Shown piece by piece: positions 36,290 to 44,901 of a stretch of 64,000 nucleotides of DNA. Within the stretch, counting starts at the first letter, position 1. Each line of letters starts with the position of its first letter. The position numbers were made by a program, and so were the translations under genes. The notes under the pieces were generated by a model that saw only the letters and a list, made by a program, of their open reading frames with translations, was not told the origin of the DNA and made no database searches. Source of the stretch: a candidate division WWE3 bacterium RIFOXYC1_FULL_40_10 (lineage in GTDB: Bacteria; Patescibacteriota; WWE3; UBA101185; UBA10185); NCBI GenBank assembly GCA_001773215.1, contig MEWB01000001.1:322473-386472 (forward strand), written 5' to 3'.

Positions 36290-36364
36290 TGGAGGCCTGG
36301 GCGAGAATCGAACTCGCGTATAAGGGTTTTGCAGACCCTTGCCTTACCACTTGGCAACCAGGCC
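36290..36364 (-). tRNA. tRNA-Cys (anticodon GCA)
   Basis: GGCCTGG/CCAGGCC acceptor, anticodon loop CTGCAAA, TTCGATT T-loop. Confidence 0.8.
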
Positions 36365-36366
36365 GC

Positions 36367-36452
36367 TGGTGGGCGGGACAGGACTTGAACCTGCACGGGT
36401 TTTACCCCACAACGACCTCAACGTTGCGCGTATACCATTCCGCCACCCGCCC
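36367..36452 (-). tRNA. tRNA-Leu (anticodon GAG), long variable arm
   Basis: GGGCGGG/CCCGCCC acceptor, anticodon loop TTGAGGT, variable stem-loop GGGGTAAAACCC, TTCAAGT T-loop. Confidence 0.75.
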
Positions 36453-36478
36453 GAAACATAAGGTATTATACTATAGTT

Positions 36479-37294
36479 GTGCGACCAAAAGAACATATAG
36501 AACTAATAAAAGGCCGTGCCTATAAATATTTCGACTACGGAGGTGACAAACCAGTGGTAATTTTGTTGCATGGTATGTATGTCACCAAAAGTAATATGGA
36601 AGATATTGCCCAGGATTTATCGACAAAATTTAGGTGTGTGGCACTAGATCTCCCCGGTCACAACAAGGTATCACTCAAAAAGATAACAAAATTTGATGAC
36701 CTGGCTGACTACGTACTCATGTTCATCAAGAAAAAGCAATTTAAAGAAGTATATTTAGTTGGCTACTCCTTAGGAGGGCTAATTTCCTTAAAAATTGCCG
36801 AGAAAGCGGATAATACAAAAATGGTAAAAGGATTAGTTGTTTGGTCGGCACCGATTCTAGGTTTCCAGCACGGACTTACCAGAGTTGCAAAGCTAGCCAT
36901 TCCAATATCAAAAATCATTCCGGAAAAAGTTTACCTAGCAGTTGTAACCAACGATATTCTAAATAAGCTTATAGCCTCGGTTTATAGTAAAGCAGATCTA
37001 TTTATAAAGCCTATGAAGGGCACTCTTTCGGCATTATCGTTAAGGGACGCCGTGAAATTAATTGATATTAGTGTAAACGTTAGCTTCGATTTTCCGAAAA
37101 GTGTCCCTACCCTATTTGTATTCGACAAACGAGATCCCCTAGTAAGCTACAAAAACTATCGGCACTCAAAAGAACATTTTGAGAGCGGGAGTTTGATTGT
37201 GGCTACAATTCATAAATCCGGCCATTTTAGGGATTACGAAGGTTACTCAAGTTTGAGGAAGGAGATTCAAAGGTTCTTGACTGAAAACCTGTAG
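36479..37294 (+). CDS. alpha/beta-fold hydrolase
   Basis: Nucleophile elbow VGYSLGG; HGMYV oxyanion region; C-terminal His. Confidence 0.7.
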   Translation: MRPKEHIELIKGRAYKYFDYGGDKPVVILLHGMYVTKSNMEDIAQDLSTKFRCVALDLPGHNKVSLKKITKFDDLADYVLMFIKKKQFKEVYLVGYSLGGLISLKIAEKADNTKMVKGLVVWSAPILGFQHGLTRVAKLAIPISKIIPEKVYLAVVTNDILNKLIASVYSKADLFIKPMKGTLSALSLRDAVKLIDISVNVSFDFPKSVPTLFVFDKRDPLVSYKNYRHSKEHFESGSLIVATIHKSGHFRDYEGYSSLRKEIQRFLTENL

Positions 37295-37295
37295 A

Positions 37296-37405
37296 TGGTG
37301 CCGAGAGAGGGACTTGGTCACCGGTTCTCGCCTGGAGGCGATCCCGTCGACCCCACCTCGCCGCCGTCGCGGCTGCGGCATTCAAGTCCGTTAAATTTCC
37401 ACTTA
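37296..37405. mobile_element. miniature GC-rich element: a 21-bp copy of the tRNA-Leu(CAG) 3' end (37296-37316) plus an 87-bp GC-rich segment homologous to the left arm of the tRNA-Lys serine-recombinase element, immediately before the intact tRNA
   Basis: tggtgccgagagagggacttg occurs at 37296 and again as the tRNA 3' end at 37406; the following gtcaccggttctcgcctg...cccgtcgacccc...ggcattc aligns with 39744-39830. Confidence 0.6.
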
Positions 37406-37491
37406 TGGTGCCGAGAGAGGGACTTGAACCCTCACGTCCGTTAGGACACTGCCACCTGAAGACAGCGCGTCTGCCATTTCGCCATCTCGGC
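37406..37491 (-). tRNA. tRNA-Leu (anticodon CAG), long variable arm
   Basis: GCCGAGA/TCTCGGC acceptor, anticodon stem CTGTC/GGCAG with loop TTCAGGT, TTCAAGT T-loop, CCA encoded. Confidence 0.75.
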
Positions 37492-38148
37492 TTACTCTAC
37501 AGCTACTATTTTAACACTAACTATTTTAACCGGGTTTACAGGCTTGGACTTTTCACCCATTGGACCAAAAGCCACCTCGGCTTCAGCTATTTTGTCTACA
37601 GTGTCCATGCCCTCGACAACTTTTCCGAATATAACATAATTCTTGGGTAGAGGGTTATCACGATGCATTATAAAAAACTGACTTCCGTTTGTGTCCGGTC
37701 CGCTATTTGCCATCGCAACAGTTCCTTTAACATATTCCCCTTCAAAAACCTCGTCCTCAAAGGTATATCCCGGACCCCCCGAACCATTTCCCATCGGATC
37801 GCCGCCCTGGATCATAAAATCCCTAATTACTCTATGAAAAATTGTGCCGTTATAAAACCCCTTTTCTGCCAACTTAACAAAATTGTTTGCAGTAATAGGT
37901 GTATCCTTTGCATTTAATAGAATTCTCATGTTGCCTGCCGTGGTTTCTAAATCTGCGTAGTAATTTTTTACATCTTTATTTTCTTCTGGTTGTGGACTCA
38001 TGGTTGTCTCCTGTGAATTTTCTACTTCAGTTATACTACTGGTGGTTTCGCTAACCTGCGTGACGGGTTTGCTTTTGGAATAGTAAACAAGTACCAAGGC
38101 TAATAAAATTGGTGAAATTATAAGGGCCAGCCATATTCTATCTTTCAT
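37492..38148 (-). CDS. cyclophilin-type peptidyl-prolyl cis-trans isomerase with N-terminal TM anchor and low-complexity linker
   Basis: FHRVIRDFMIQGGDP and GSQFFI cyclophilin signatures. Confidence 0.85.
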   Translation of the reverse strand: MKDRIWLALIISPILLALVLVYYSKSKPVTQVSETTSSITEVENSQETTMSPQPEENKDVKNYYADLETTAGNMRILLNAKDTPITANNFVKLAEKGFYNGTIFHRVIRDFMIQGGDPMGNGSGGPGYTFEDEVFEGEYVKGTVAMANSGPDTNGSQFFIMHRDNPLPKNYVIFGKVVEGMDTVDKIAEAEVAFGPMGEKSKPVNPVKIVSVKIVAVE

Positions 38149-38204
38149 AGGTGTTTATGATATCATATATTTAAATCTGTCTATATAAGTGATATTATAT
38201 AAAT

Positions 38205-38885
38205 ATGGATAAAAAAACAATTTTGATCCCTATAGCGTTGTTAGTTATCTCGTCAGCATTTGTTTATTTCAGCGTACTAAAACCAAAAGACACCCCATGT
38301 ACTCCCGACACTTGTCCGGTTGTACAACAAACAGCAGTAGTTCCTTCAGAGACGTTGGGTGCTACTACCGGCTTGATGGAGTACCAAATCTCAAAAGAGT
38401 CCACAGTCTCATATACTGTTCAAAAAGTATTTGTAAATCAGCCCCTACTTATGGTTACAGGCCAAACAGACCAAATTACAGGTAGCGGTTGGTATAATCC
38501 TGAAACTAAAGAGTATGAGCTAATAGCCAACATTTCTTTGGACACATTAAAATCCGACAACTCTACAAGGGACAGTGATGTAATTAAGTTATTCAATCCA
38601 AGCATCGGCACGGTAAAAGTAGCTAGTAGTGACAACCAAATCAAGCCTGAGTATGCGATAGAGTATAAAGAGAAAGTAAATATTGAGGTCTCAATAAATG
38701 GAATTGCCAAAACAATACCGTTTGATGTCACTGCCCTATTCGATGAAAACACTGTATCTGCAAAAGGCAATGCTACTATTGATATGAAGGATTTTGGAAT
38801 AACACCCCCGTCATTACTTGGAATATACACAGTGGATCCAGTAACTACGATTTCCTTTGATGTTAAGGGTTTCAGAGCTAATTGA
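38205..38885 (+). CDS. YceI-like periplasmic protein (polyisoprenoid-binding fold)
   Basis: Signal anchor; SLDTLKSDNSTRDSDV and C-terminal IDMKDFGI resemble YceI-domain motifs; tentative. Confidence 0.5.
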   Translation: MDKKTILIPIALLVISSAFVYFSVLKPKDTPCTPDTCPVVQQTAVVPSETLGATTGLMEYQISKESTVSYTVQKVFVNQPLLMVTGQTDQITGSGWYNPETKEYELIANISLDTLKSDNSTRDSDVIKLFNPSIGTVKVASSDNQIKPEYAIEYKEKVNIEVSINGIAKTIPFDVTALFDENTVSAKGNATIDMKDFGITPPSLLGIYTVDPVTTISFDVKGFRAN

Positions 38886-39289
38886 TGGCGTCACTAAGTA
38901 TATTACTCATAATTATAGGATTTACTGATGCGTCGTACCTTTTGTACAAATATATCACTAAGTCCCCTATTGCTTGCCCTCTCAAAGGTGACTGTAACGC
39001 TGTTTTAGACAGTGAGTACAGCCGATTGTTAGGCGTAAAAAACGAGGTTTGGGGTTTTCTTTACTACGGTTTTTTGCTATGCGTTATACTTGCTCAAGTA
39101 CTGTTTCCAAGCCTTTTGTTGCCTACACAAAAGGTTATTGTACTTACTAGCGGATTTGGGGTTATCTATTCCACGTATTTGATGTATGTAATGGCCTTTA
39201 AAATTAGTCACTGGTGTGCTTACTGTTTAACCTCAGCTCTAACCACAACGGCTATATTCATAGTTTCACTAATTGCTCTAATTGGTTAA
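38882..39289 (+). CDS. vitamin K epoxide reductase (VKOR) family membrane oxidoreductase
   Basis: Loop Cys pair CPLKGDC and TM active site HWCAYC (CxxC); 4 TM helices. Confidence 0.65.
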   Translation: MMASLSILLIIIGFTDASYLLYKYITKSPIACPLKGDCNAVLDSEYSRLLGVKNEVWGFLYYGFLLCVILAQVLFPSLLLPTQKVIVLTSGFGVIYSTYLMYVMAFKISHWCAYCLTSALTTTAIFIVSLIALIG

Positions 39290-39332
39290 ATTGTGGTAAA
39301 TTAACGATAATTCTGCCTAAAAGGAGTGGAGA

Positions 39333-39668
39333 GTGGCTATTTTACCTAACGAGATTTCCCTTGAACCAAGAGATTCGTGTGAACATGCATTTGGAGGTTT
39401 CTTCGGAAAGTTCGAAATGGATTGGGTTGCGCAGTTTATCGTTACCTTGTGTACCAAGAGTAACACTTGGCGTAAGTTTACACTAAGTGAAGTTCTTTCC
39501 GTTGGCCGGCAGTCGACCCCTCGGATTGACGACGATTACATTATCGAGGGTGTCAGGTTGTTGTGGTACTACGGCTGGATAGAGCTTGTCGACGTCCTGG
39601 AGTTCGAAGCGAAGGATATCTTCATTACGCGGTGTGTGGAAAAAACAAAGGAATACAGCTCAAAGTAG
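39333..39668 (+). CDS. hypothetical protein
   Basis: ORF track; followed by a strong terminator. Confidence 0.4.
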   Translation: MAILPNEISLEPRDSCEHAFGGFFGKFEMDWVAQFIVTLCTKSNTWRKFTLSEVLSVGRQSTPRIDDDYIIEGVRLLWYYGWIELVDVLEFEAKDIFITRCVEKTKEYSSK

Positions 39669-39683
39669 CTAATATATCTCACA

Positions 39684-39717
39684 GACAAGTGCCGTAAAAA
39701 GTACTTGTCTTTTTTTT
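39684..39717 (+). terminator. Rho-independent terminator
   Basis: gacaagtgccgtaaaaagtacttgtc followed by tttttttt. Confidence 0.6.
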
Positions 39718-39929
39718 GGTGATGGTGAGGACGGTGGGATTCGGTCACCGGTTCTCGCCTGCTGGCTCGCCCGTCGACCCCGCCTCCTTCGCCTTCGCCC
39801 AGTCCGGCATTCTCACCCACCTCTTCTGCCAGTTGGTGTATCTGTTTGCCTGGTGGGATAACATTACGTTCCCCGAAGTGAATTATACAACAAAGTACCC
39901 TTTAACCCTTACCTACGAGGATATAGACA

Positions 39930-40247
39930 GTGCAATGGTCAGAATTGGAAGTAGAGTCTATGTGTAGGCTGTATAATAACTTTATGCAGGGTATACAGAC
40001 AAAAGACGCACAAGAGTTTGACCCCAATGTGTTGGAGGAAATTGTAGTAGTAGATTATTCGGAACCGGATGTAATTAAGTCCATATACTCACCAACGCTA
40101 TTTCCGCACCTTAAATTGACTACCAATGCCGTTAGCAGAGACATTGAAGTTGTTGTTGTATCAACGGAAAACGAAGATAAGCAATTACTCCACAAACTTC
40201 TGACGGAAACAAGAACGGCTCGTAATTATGTTTTGAATAAGTGCTGA
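39930..40247 (+). CDS. hypothetical protein (element cargo)
   Basis: ORF track only. Confidence 0.35.
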   Translation: MQWSELEVESMCRLYNNFMQGIQTKDAQEFDPNVLEEIVVVDYSEPDVIKSIYSPTLFPHLKLTTNAVSRDIEVVVVSTENEDKQLLHKLLTETRTARNYVLNKC

Positions 40248-40249
40248 AA

Positions 40250-40381
40250 ATCCACGATTTTCCATTATTCTCCATTAAAGTTACCTGTATTCGCGACCTA
40301 CTTAAAACCCAGTATTTCCACCATATTCCACCATTTTGTTTTCCACCAAAGTCCACCAAAGTTGCCACCATTAGCCATCAT
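40250..40381. repeat. iteron-like array of about nine TCCAYYA heptamers (TCCACCA x4 core) at ~9-15 bp spacing in a convergent intergenic region of the element
   Basis: tccacga, tccatta, tccatta, tccacca, tccacca, tccacca, tccacca, gccacca, gccatca read directly. Confidence 0.55.
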
Positions 40382-40423
40382 TTTGTATTTAAGTATTTTT
40401 TTGCAAGTATTAGTCTTTTGAAG

Positions 40424-40810
40424 TTAAATATGTTCTTGTTCTTTGACGGTGTTTTCGGTTTCAACATTACCTGTGTTTAAGGTTGTTCGTGGCTCAATAA
40501 GCACGATTTGGACTTCCTCCGGTGCTTCCGGTTTATGTTCAACTAATTTTGGTATGATTACGAATTCCCCTTCATTTACCTCCACCGTTCTATCTCTAAA
40601 ATGTATCAGTAACTTTCCAGTTATAACCCAAAACAGTTCTTCCTCTTTTTCGTGGTGGTGCCAATGAAACTCTCCTTTTAGTTTTACAACTTGAACTTTG
40701 TCGTCATTTAGTTCACCCACTATCTTTGGATTCCAGTGTTCGGTAAATTTGTTAAGTTTTTCTTTTATGTTTACAACTTTTACGTTTTTGGAGTTACTTA
40801 TAGGTTCCAT
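40424..40810 (-). CDS. cupin domain protein
   Basis: Cupin motifs GEFHWHHHEKEEELFWVITG ... GEFVIIPKLVEHKP. Confidence 0.7.
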   Translation of the reverse strand: MEPISNSKNVKVVNIKEKLNKFTEHWNPKIVGELNDDKVQVVKLKGEFHWHHHEKEEELFWVITGKLLIHFRDRTVEVNEGEFVIIPKLVEHKPEAPEEVQIVLIEPRTTLNTGNVETENTVKEQEHI

Positions 40811-40835
40811 AGTAAGGTTATTATAGAATATCTAT

Positions 40836-41228
40836 ATGTCTTTTGAAATAACTGGAATACATCATATTGAATTTACAGTTACCGACTTGGAACAATCTAA
40901 AAGATTTTATTCCAAATTTCCGGGATTTAAGGTAGTTGCGGAGTATCCAAATTTCGTAATGTTTCAAGCAAACGAGTTTTATTTAGGGTTGACCGACCAT
41001 AAAGGTTGTGTTACAAACGACAAATTTAGTGAATTTAACGTGGGTTTAGACCATTTAGCATTTGGGGTTAGTTCTTTGGAAGATTTACGTGAGGTAGCAA
41101 GTTTTTTAGATTCTCAAAAAATCCCTCATTCGGAGATAAATGTACTTTCAAATGGCACCCACATTTTTACTTTTCGGGACCCGGACAATATACAGTTGGA
41201 ATTTGCTTATAAGCCCGGAATATTTTAA
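40836..41228 (+). CDS. VOC/glyoxalase/bleomycin-resistance family protein
   Basis: ITGIHHIEFTVTDLEQSKRFYSKFPGFKVV, a typical VOC beta-alpha-beta-beta-beta module. Confidence 0.7.
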   Translation: MSFEITGIHHIEFTVTDLEQSKRFYSKFPGFKVVAEYPNFVMFQANEFYLGLTDHKGCVTNDKFSEFNVGLDHLAFGVSSLEDLREVASFLDSQKIPHSEINVLSNGTHIFTFRDPDNIQLEFAYKPGIF

Positions 41229-41278
41229 GACTTACCACCTACTATTGATTGTACAAAAAATGTTAGGTTTTATCAGGT

Positions 41279-41650
41279 TCAGATGCTGCTTTTTAGTAAC
41301 TCGTGAAGCCATTTGAATAGTCTGCTAGGTAGTTGGTCAAGACTATCTACAATGAGTTTAACTTTGTCAGTCTCACCCATTTTTTCCAACTGTTCTGCCT
41401 CGCGTTGAAGCACCTCTTTTAATACATTAAAGGCTCCGTGGATAAGGTTTGCCCGTGTTTCGTGCTGTTTTTCTTTGTGGTAAAGCCAAACTGCTGTCAA
41501 TATAAGCAATACGCCCAGTCCGTTGTTAACAAAGTATTGCCAGTTGTCCGGTGCAGTCTTTAATGAGGTTGACGCAATAACTATGTTACCTCCAACTGCA
41601 CAGGCAAGTTCTAACACATTACTAATTTTTATGTTCATGGGTATGTTCAT
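41279..41650 (-). CDS. small membrane protein, hypothetical
   Basis: ORF track; two TM helices. Confidence 0.4.
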   Translation of the reverse strand: MNIPMNIKISNVLELACAVGGNIVIASTSLKTAPDNWQYFVNNGLGVLLILTAVWLYHKEKQHETRANLIHGAFNVLKEVLQREAEQLEKMGETDKVKLIVDSLDQLPSRLFKWLHELLKSSI

Positions 41651-41712
41651 CTACTGCATTATACCGCAATAAGTTACCGCAGGTAGGGTATTACTTACAA
41701 AAAGGGGAAAGG

Positions 41713-42090
41713 TTATTTATCGCCAAAAAACTGTAAGATGTTCCCTTCCGGGTCTGCAATAGTCATACACCAAAAACCGCCGGGAGGACCTTCAAAAGGC
41801 TCTGCAATAATATTTACGTCCTTGTCTTTAAGTTCGTTGTAAATACCACTGACACTATCAACATTGAGATTTATCATGATTCTGTAAGGGTCCTTGCTTT
41901 TCCCGTGTACTTTATCGTGTTTGCCTACATAAAAGTATGAAGGCTCAAATTTGAAATCCACACCAGTATCATCTGGTAAAGTAAGCCTTTGTGAAACAGT
42001 AAAACCAAGAACGTCTTCGTACCACTTTGCCAGTTTTTCGTAATCATCTGACCAAATACAAACAGAAATAATATTGTCTTTGAGTTTCAT
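41713..42090 (-). CDS. VOC/glyoxalase family protein
   Basis: ISVCIWSDDYEKLAKWYEDVLGFTV; 125 aa. Confidence 0.7.
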   Translation of the reverse strand: MKLKDNIISVCIWSDDYEKLAKWYEDVLGFTVSQRLTLPDDTGVDFKFEPSYFYVGKHDKVHGKSKDPYRIMINLNVDSVSGIYNELKDKDVNIIAEPFEGPPGGFWCMTIADPEGNILQFFGDK

Positions 42091-42252
42091 ATAGTAATAT
42101 TATACGAGAATGTAAGTTTCTTGCATAGACTTAACAATCAGGTCAGTGTATTCTAACCCGACTACAGTGTGGAAGGAAAGGTTGTTTATCTTGCGGAGCG
42201 TACCGGACTTTTTTGTTTCAATACAACTTACGATATATTATAATCATCTTAT

Positions 42253-42462
42253 ATGGGCATAAAATTTGGCGAAATAGATGCAACTCAAATTCTTGATAAC
42301 GAGTTTCGTGTTAAATTCACAGCGTTTCTTGTTGAATGGCTATTTGATAACAATCCCCAATTAAAAAAACCCACACCCGAGGAAATTAAAGCATTACAAG
42401 AAGCCGTCATTAAGGAACTCCAAAAAAAGTATCCAAATTCTGGGATTAAACTTCAACAATGA
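42253..42462 (+). CDS. small hypothetical protein upstream of the recombinase (possible directionality/accessory factor)
   Basis: ORF track; 4-nt overlap with the next ORF. Confidence 0.3.
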   Translation: MGIKFGEIDATQILDNEFRVKFTAFLVEWLFDNNPQLKKPTPEEIKALQEAVIKELQKKYPNSGIKLQQ

Positions 42463-42827
42463 AACCAAATGAATCCAATGAACAACAAGAAAAAGTGAAA
42501 GGTATACTTGCTTCTGCAAAACGTGCTGAATTGTTAGATAGAGGGGTTACTGTTGAACACCGCACGGATTGGGAAAAGATTGGGCAACGGATTGGAATTA
42601 TTGTTTCGGTCATTACTATTTTAAGTTTTATATTTTCCTGTATGGTTTTTCTGTATACAATCCAAAAGGATATGCGTGATTATTACGACCAGCAACTCAA
42701 CCGTGTTATAGATTTAACAAACCGACAAACAAAAATGGAAACTCAAATAGAAACGCTACAAAAACAAATAACCAACGATTGTATAATTACACAGCCGAGT
42801 CAACCAAACCAGCCTCAAAGCAAATGA
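42459..42827 (+). CDS. small TM + coiled-coil protein
   Basis: ORF track; one TM helix then a heptad region. Confidence 0.35.
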   Translation: MKPNESNEQQEKVKGILASAKRAELLDRGVTVEHRTDWEKIGQRIGIIVSVITILSFIFSCMVFLYTIQKDMRDYYDQQLNRVIDLTNRQTKMETQIETLQKQITNDCIITQPSQPNQPQSK

Positions 42828-42908
42828 CACCGCATAAGCCGTAACCGAGTTTAAGTCTACTGTATCTAAACATCCCCGCCACTTCGTAGTAACATACTCT
42901 TATATCGT

Positions 42909-44717
42909 ATGCCGACATTAAACTCACAAGACAAACCAGTTAAAGTAGCCTATTACCTACGAGTAAGCACGGATGACCAGATTGACCGTTATGGTATTGC
43001 ACTTCAAAAAAGGTCATTGGATGCCATTGTAGCCTCTCGTGGGACTCTTGAAGATGGAAAGACGAACGCATTACAACTCGCCGGAGAACAATACATCTAC
43101 AAAGATGAAGGTGTCAGTGGAACCATACCACTGGAAGACAGACCGGCTTTTGCGAGACTTCAAGAAGATGTTGTAAATGCACCGGACGGAGAAAAACCGT
43201 TTGATATTGTTGCCGTTTACAAAATTGACCGTTTTGCCCGAAAATTAAAGATTTTACTTGACGTCATTGAGTTCTTTGAGAAATACGGGATTAAGTTCAT
43301 ATCCGTACATGAGAGTATTGACACTTCAACTCCATTTGGGAGGGCGATTTTAGGGATTGTTGGTGTGTTGTCAGAACTTGAAATGGAAACGATAGCAATG
43401 CGAACCAGAGCCGGCAAAGAGGAAGCGATTGCAAAAGGTGTTTTCATGGGGAAAGTACCTCCATACGGCTATATCAAAGATACTGAACGAAGGCTTAAAG
43501 TGCTACCAAAAGAGGCAGAAATTGTGAACGTGATATTTGAAAAGTTTGTGGTTGAAAGGTTGCCGTTACAGGCTATATGCCGGTATTTAGAAGATAACAA
43601 GATTGAATCACCCGGAGTAACAGCAGTAACCAATCAAAAGCGTAAAGGCGGTATATCAAAGAAAAGCAACCCGTTCTTTTGGGCGACACCAATGATAAAA
43701 AACATACTTGGAGATGAAATCTATCTTGGAAAATACTACTACAACAAGACAAAGGGTAGAAAACATTTACCGAAAGCGGAGTGGAAATTGTCTGTATACA
43801 GATACGAGGCGATAGTTGATACCATCACCTTTGCGAAAACTCAAACACTGCTTGAAAACAGAAAGATATTCAATGTGGTGAGACATGACGACAAGCATAT
43901 TTACCTTTTAAGCGGTTTACTGAAATGTGCCTGTTGTTACAACCCGGAAAGAGACAAAAACGAAGGTATGCAAACATTGCATGGTGAACCAAAAGAAATC
44001 CACAAAGGTAGCCAGCACTATACTTACTACTACAAATGCAGAAGGAAAACTACTGCAAAAACCTCAATCAGATGCGGTTCGCTTCCCTTACCGGCTGAAC
44101 AAATTGAGAAATATGTTATTGAGAGACTCCGGGAACTTCTCACTGACCCAAAAGCAGTGTTTAATTATCAACTAAAATTAAGGTCAACAGAACAGGAACT
44201 TAAAAGGCTAAATACGGATTATGATATGATTCGCCGATTAAAAAATGGTCTACCACAAAGAAAATCAAACCTAAAAGAACAGCAAGAATACAGCTATATT
44301 ACCTCAAAAGAACTTACCGAGAAACTCAATGCACTTGATTCACAAGAAAAAGAGTATGACGGGAAACTGGCAGAGTGGGAAGCAAAAATATCAGAAACTA
44401 AACTAGACGAAGGTTACATCAAGAGTTTTGAAATCTTTGAAAAACAATACAAGAAGGCTTTGGAAGACATAAATAGCAACAGAGAAACATTACAACAATT
44501 ACTTCGGATGATAGTTGACAAGATAGTTGTTCACTCCCGACCAGTTAAGGAAGGAGACATTATAGCCGGAAGAAAAACCGGAGACCAACAGGTGCCGTAT
44601 AAAATAGAAATGAAACTACATTTGCCACAAGAGTATCTCAAACTTTTAGAAGCAAAAGCCAACGAAGCATGGGTCAACAGACCGGAGGAGTTCGGGGATA
44701 AAAATGTTAACTGGTGA
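42909..44717 (+). CDS. large serine recombinase (resolvase N-domain + recombinase domain + zinc ribbon + coiled coil)
   Basis: Catalytic-serine motif YYLRVSTDDQ; resolvase-domain motif DRFAR; Cys cluster CACC...C...C; ~600 aa typical of LSR integrases. Confidence 0.85.
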   Translation: MPTLNSQDKPVKVAYYLRVSTDDQIDRYGIALQKRSLDAIVASRGTLEDGKTNALQLAGEQYIYKDEGVSGTIPLEDRPAFARLQEDVVNAPDGEKPFDIVAVYKIDRFARKLKILLDVIEFFEKYGIKFISVHESIDTSTPFGRAILGIVGVLSELEMETIAMRTRAGKEEAIAKGVFMGKVPPYGYIKDTERRLKVLPKEAEIVNVIFEKFVVERLPLQAICRYLEDNKIESPGVTAVTNQKRKGGISKKSNPFFWATPMIKNILGDEIYLGKYYYNKTKGRKHLPKAEWKLSVYRYEAIVDTITFAKTQTLLENRKIFNVVRHDDKHIYLLSGLLKCACCYNPERDKNEGMQTLHGEPKEIHKGSQHYTYYYKCRRKTTAKTSIRCGSLPLPAEQIEKYVIERLRELLTDPKAVFNYQLKLRSTEQELKRLNTDYDMIRRLKNGLPQRKSNLKEQQEYSYITSKELTEKLNALDSQEKEYDGKLAEWEAKISETKLDEGYIKSFEIFEKQYKKALEDINSNRETLQQLLRMIVDKIVVHSRPVKEGDIIAGRKTGDQQVPYKIEMKLHLPQEYLKLLEAKANEAWVNRPEEFGDKNVNW

Positions 44718-44786
44718 GGACGGTGGGATTCGAACCCACGACCAAGGGATTAAGAGTCCCCTGCTCTACCACTGAGCTACGTCCCC
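44712..44786 (-). tRNA. tRNA-Lys (anticodon CTT)
   Basis: GGGGACG acceptor, GCTCAGTGGTAGAGC D-arm, anticodon loop CTCTTAA, TTCGAAT T-loop, CCA encoded. Confidence 0.8.
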
Positions 44787-44901
44787 GCAGCAACAAGAGT
44801 ATTTTAGCAGAATTATTGCATTTTTACTCTATATTGTTGAGGAAGTCTTAAAACTATGAGATAATGGCCCGAGATTTTCTAGCACAGGTATAGGAGAGAA
44901 A

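Larger units (their letters stand above)
39723..44786. mobile_element. ~5 kb integrative element inserted at the 3' end of tRNA-Lys(CTT): attL-like 21-bp repeat (39723-39743) identical to the tRNA 3' end (44712-44732), GC-rich arm, VOC/cupin cargo, large serine recombinase abutting the tRNA
   Basis: tggtgaggacggtgggattcg occurs at both positions; the recombinase stop codon lies inside the tRNA 3' end; cargo GC differs from the flanks. Confidence 0.7.

Noticed and set aside
36141-36525. Track ORFs 36141..36323, 36191..36388 and 36289..36525 (60-78 aa)
   Set aside because: They lie across the tRNA-Gly/Cys/Leu genes on the opposite strand. They are read-through frames of GC-rich tRNA sequence, not genes.
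37405-37650. Track ORF 37405..37650 (81 aa, MVPREGLEPSRPLGH...)
   Set aside because: It starts inside tRNA-Leu(CAG) and runs antisense through the cyclophilin gene. Its N-terminus is the translated tRNA.
39716-39967. Track ORF 39716..39967 spanning the attL repeat and GC-rich arm
   Set aside because: It begins before the 21-bp tRNA-derived repeat and covers the conserved arm. The similarity to the 37296 copy is explained at the DNA level. Coding is possible but unsupported (no RBS).
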